Virus record (IMG/VR): IMGVR_UViG_3300008111_000003
DNA: 64,000 nt
Source of the DNA: a virus
Strand: one strand, 5' to 3'
The notes under the pieces are model-generated. The model saw only the letters and a list, made by a program, of their open reading frames with translations, was not told where the DNA came from and made no database searches. The position numbers were made by a program, and so were the translations under genes. Shown piece after piece: positions 62,401-64,000 of this stretch (position 1 is the stretch's first letter; the number at the start of each line of letters is the position of its first letter).

Positions 62401-62504
62401 TCTATATCTTCTTTGCTTCGGCCAATCATATGATTGGTCGGAATAACTATTTTATCGAGATCTCCCAGATCTAGCCAGGCATTGTCAAATATTAGGTTTG
62501 CCAT
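59448..62504 (-). CDS. terL: Terminase large subunit containing an intein
   Basis: Walker A ASRGFGK|S, IRGLRAHIIIADEF Walker B, nuclease YGIDPA..D, KDRYSA. Confidence 0.9.
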   Translation of the reverse strand: MANLIFDNAWLDLGDLDKIVIPTNHMIGRSKEDIENPDLHLLRLLKDPRYFGTTVKLLFDIELHPIQIAILQEFWIRPFPMFVASRGFGKMLRPDEQLRTPNGWTTMKNIKVGDKIYGGDGKLTTVINKTDLQNNLDMYKITLRDGRTIECCGDHQWKVYSQKNKKWNVLKTKEMLDFKRDRIGGKSNGKEYLYALPINKPLIEEEPQDLPLHPYIVGVLLGDGCLTQNRITFSSTDQHIVNRINSLLPMGYYVSTQADGITHGINTTTNIPFYKIIEQIGIHKLNSHNKHIPLNYLYGSYDQKIALLQGLMDTDGYSNGESVIEYYTVSSDLNRDTLDLARSLGIHCKSTKKSSMFRGKKYADCHRISMYTNEAIFSLPRKLDYLKHTISKQGQSKYDKVFITNIEHIGKGSGYCIMVDNDDSTYITKDYIVTHNSFLMAMYCTLKCIFVPGTKIVVVGAAFRQSKIIFEYMETLWRNSPILRSIFNGNDDGPRRDVDRCTMRLGESWTIAVPMGDGSKIRGLRAHIIIADEFASISPEIYETVVSGFAAVSASPIQNVKEEAKKAAMTEAGLWNAELEAVQIKKGNQAIIAGTADYSFKHFASYWKRYKAIINSRGDQRQLEEIFKGEVPDSFNWRDYSIIRIPYELIPKGFMDDKQVSRAKATIHTGIYNMEYAACFTEDSDGFFRRSLIESCVTNESKPIIVNGHNVLFDVSTKGNPDLQYVYGIDPASEKDNFTIVIIELHKDHNRIVYGWSTNRNNFKDRQKTGLVNEYDFYSFCARKIRNLMKIFPCARIGLDAQGGGVAIEEALHDPGKLEEGENLIWPVIDMNKPKDTDDQSGLHILELIQFARADWTSQANHGLRKDLEDKVLLFPRFDAVTLALALDRENKDILNSDINNVYDSESECVLEIEELKNELTTIVMTQTSTGPNARDRWDTPEVKLPNGKKGKLRKDRYSALLIANMIARQMSRSLEPVSFDIIGNNLAEVAKTDGQMYKGPNWFTENANTNIYGGIYR
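61197..62234 (-). mobile_element. Class 3 intein (346 aa) with LAGLIDADG homing endonuclease
   Basis: Inserted at GK|S; starts with Met; DHQW (block B), YCIMVD (block F), VTHN (block G); YIVGVLLGDG and LLQGLMDTDG. Confidence 0.88.
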
Positions 62505-62958
62505 ATTTTTCGTATATTCTTTTCATTAAACTTACGGCCACTCTTTCGGCATTTTCAGCATCATCACAAAATAACACATGAATATTATAGTTTAGTTGAG
62601 CTTCTAATAAACACTTGATTATATAGTTTCCACTAATACGCAATTTATCCCACATCTTTTTGGGAACATCACTGCCCACAGGAAACTGATAAATTTCATC
62701 TATGCTAAATTCCATAATCATGAAACTGTGTGGAATACGTCCCAGTCGCTCTAATACATCTTTGAATCGATTTTCGCTTAAATTATTAGCAATTTCGCTC
62801 ACGCTGCGCTTGCGCTCTATGGTAAACAAACTTTCGTATCCTTCCATACTATAATCACCCGTGTCCAATTTTCTTTTAGCCGTATTATGGAAACCAAATT
62901 CCCACGGAGTTTGTTCTCGCGTATCAACAATTATGGTAAAAGGATCATGATTTTTCAT
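62485..62958 (-). CDS. ERCC4-domain nuclease
   Basis: IIVDTREQTPW, LDTGDYS, IERKRS. Confidence 0.8.
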   Translation of the reverse strand: MKNHDPFTIIVDTREQTPWEFGFHNTAKRKLDTGDYSMEGYESLFTIERKRSVSEIANNLSENRFKDVLERLGRIPHSFMIMEFSIDEIYQFPVGSDVPKKMWDKLRISGNYIIKCLLEAQLNYNIHVLFCDDAENAERVAVSLMKRIYEKYGKPNI

Positions 62959-62972
62959 TATTTTTTCTCAAT

Positions 62973-63671
62973 CTATTTTTTTTGAAAATGAATAAATTGA
63001 TCGAATTGAACTTTTGTATTAAGTTTTTTCCCATACATTTTATGAAATGTCATATGGCAGCCGTTTCGATGTCCACAAAGAGTAACAGCGTTATTGGGAT
63101 CAAATCTTCCTTGAGGATACCAATGCCAGCCATTAAGATGATGAGCGTTAAGTTTTTTAGTACTGCCACAAATAATACACTTATAATTATCTCTTTGAAA
63201 AACTTGTTTAGCAAATGTCTTGTATTCTGTTGAGTCTCTTCTGTTGTATCTATCACTAAGAGGATTATAATTGTGATGCTGCTCTCCTTTTGGTCTAGAG
63301 CATTTACCACAACTATTAATATCTCCTCGTAATAGAAGATCTTGTAGATAGCTTTTTTCTACTCCACATTCACATCTACCTATCCATTTAGGACGTTTAC
63401 GACCATATCTAAAATCATATCCATCATTTTTTATAATAGTAATTTTTCCAAATTTTCTATCAAGTAAATTAGTTTGATTACATTTCTGACATTTTTTCAA
63501 TTTTGATAGATCATTAGCAGCTACGATTCTACGTTTTTTACATTTTTTACATTCTAAAATATAGTGCAAATGAACACCGTTCATATTTGAACGAAGTCTA
63601 GATTCGTCTAGATCAATTACTATCCAATCTCCATATTCTTCATTAATTCTACGATTATAGTTTTTATTCAT
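62973..63671 (-). CDS. HNH homing endonuclease
   Basis: WIGRCECG module; VFQRDNYKCIICG..LNAHHL..NAVTLC..CHMTFH. Confidence 0.8.
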   Translation of the reverse strand: MNKNYNRRINEEYGDWIVIDLDESRLRSNMNGVHLHYILECKKCKKRRIVAANDLSKLKKCQKCNQTNLLDRKFGKITIIKNDGYDFRYGRKRPKWIGRCECGVEKSYLQDLLLRGDINSCGKCSRPKGEQHHNYNPLSDRYNRRDSTEYKTFAKQVFQRDNYKCIICGSTKKLNAHHLNGWHWYPQGRFDPNNAVTLCGHRNGCHMTFHKMYGKKLNTKVQFDQFIHFQKK

Positions 63672-63999
63672 TAGAATGGTTCTCTAGTGCTTCTGGATTG
63701 AGTATGGGAATATCCACATTTTTATCTGCAAAATTATGATATTCATATAATTTACTTTTAGCTTTGTCTGTGGCTAATGCTAGTATTTCCATTTCGCGCC
63801 CCTCTTTTTCTCTTATGGCCTCGTCCTCTAGCATTCTTATCAAACCCACCCAGCTACTTTTTCCATCTTCTATTCTTTTGATTCTTTGCTCTCTGGTGGC
63901 CTTAAGATCTTTGCTAATTTTTTGTTGTTCGTTGAGCAGCTTGGTATATTCGTTTGTGTAACTAGCTATACTATTTCGGGCAAAACTAAGTTGAGTTTC
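63664..63999 (-). CDS. C-terminal part of a coiled-coil protein running off the window (possibly terminase small subunit)
   Basis: Frame open from window end (ETQLSFARNS..KDLKATREQRIKRIEDGKSSWVGLIRML); longer than the tracked 61-aa ORF. Confidence 0.5.
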   Translation of the reverse strand, partial: ETQLSFARNSIASYTNEYTKLLNEQQKISKDLKATREQRIKRIEDGKSSWVGLIRMLEDEAIREKEGREMEILALATDKAKSKLYEYHNFADKNVDIPILNPEALENHSNE

Positions 64000-64000
64000 C

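Overview
A 64-kb AT-rich segment of a large tailed dsDNA phage genome (host not determinable from the sequence). It has two convergent arms meeting at about 27.94 kb. The + strand (1-27.9 kb) carries recombination/replication genes (RecA/UvsX, DnaB, DnaG, dNMP kinase, PD-(D/E)XK nuclease, a fragmented DnaE-type polymerase, DnaQ-like exonuclease, SSB), then two glycosyltransferase clusters and a 1281-aa Cys-rich adhesin-like protein. The - strand (64-27.97 kb) is the virion operon: terminase, portal, protease/scaffold, capsid, neck, tail tube, chaperones, a very long tape measure and distal tail proteins. Most unusual observations: (1) dnaE is broken three times, by a 10-nt stop-containing gap inside the PHP HVHS|MFSLLDG motif just downstream of an HNH gene, by a naturally split intein with a free-standing endonuclease between its halves, and by a plain gene split. 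(2) An inverted copy of the intein-free GPGRGS insertion site abuts that endonuclease's putative promoter. (3) A GT60-like polypeptide GlcNAc transferase cluster faces mucin-like Thr/Pro/Ser virion genes. (4) The tape measure has an in-frame TGA and cargo-like domains delimited by repeated [F/Y]xxGG motifs. (5) The terminase carries a Met-initiated class 3 intein. All family assignments come from recognising motifs by eye; no database searches were run.
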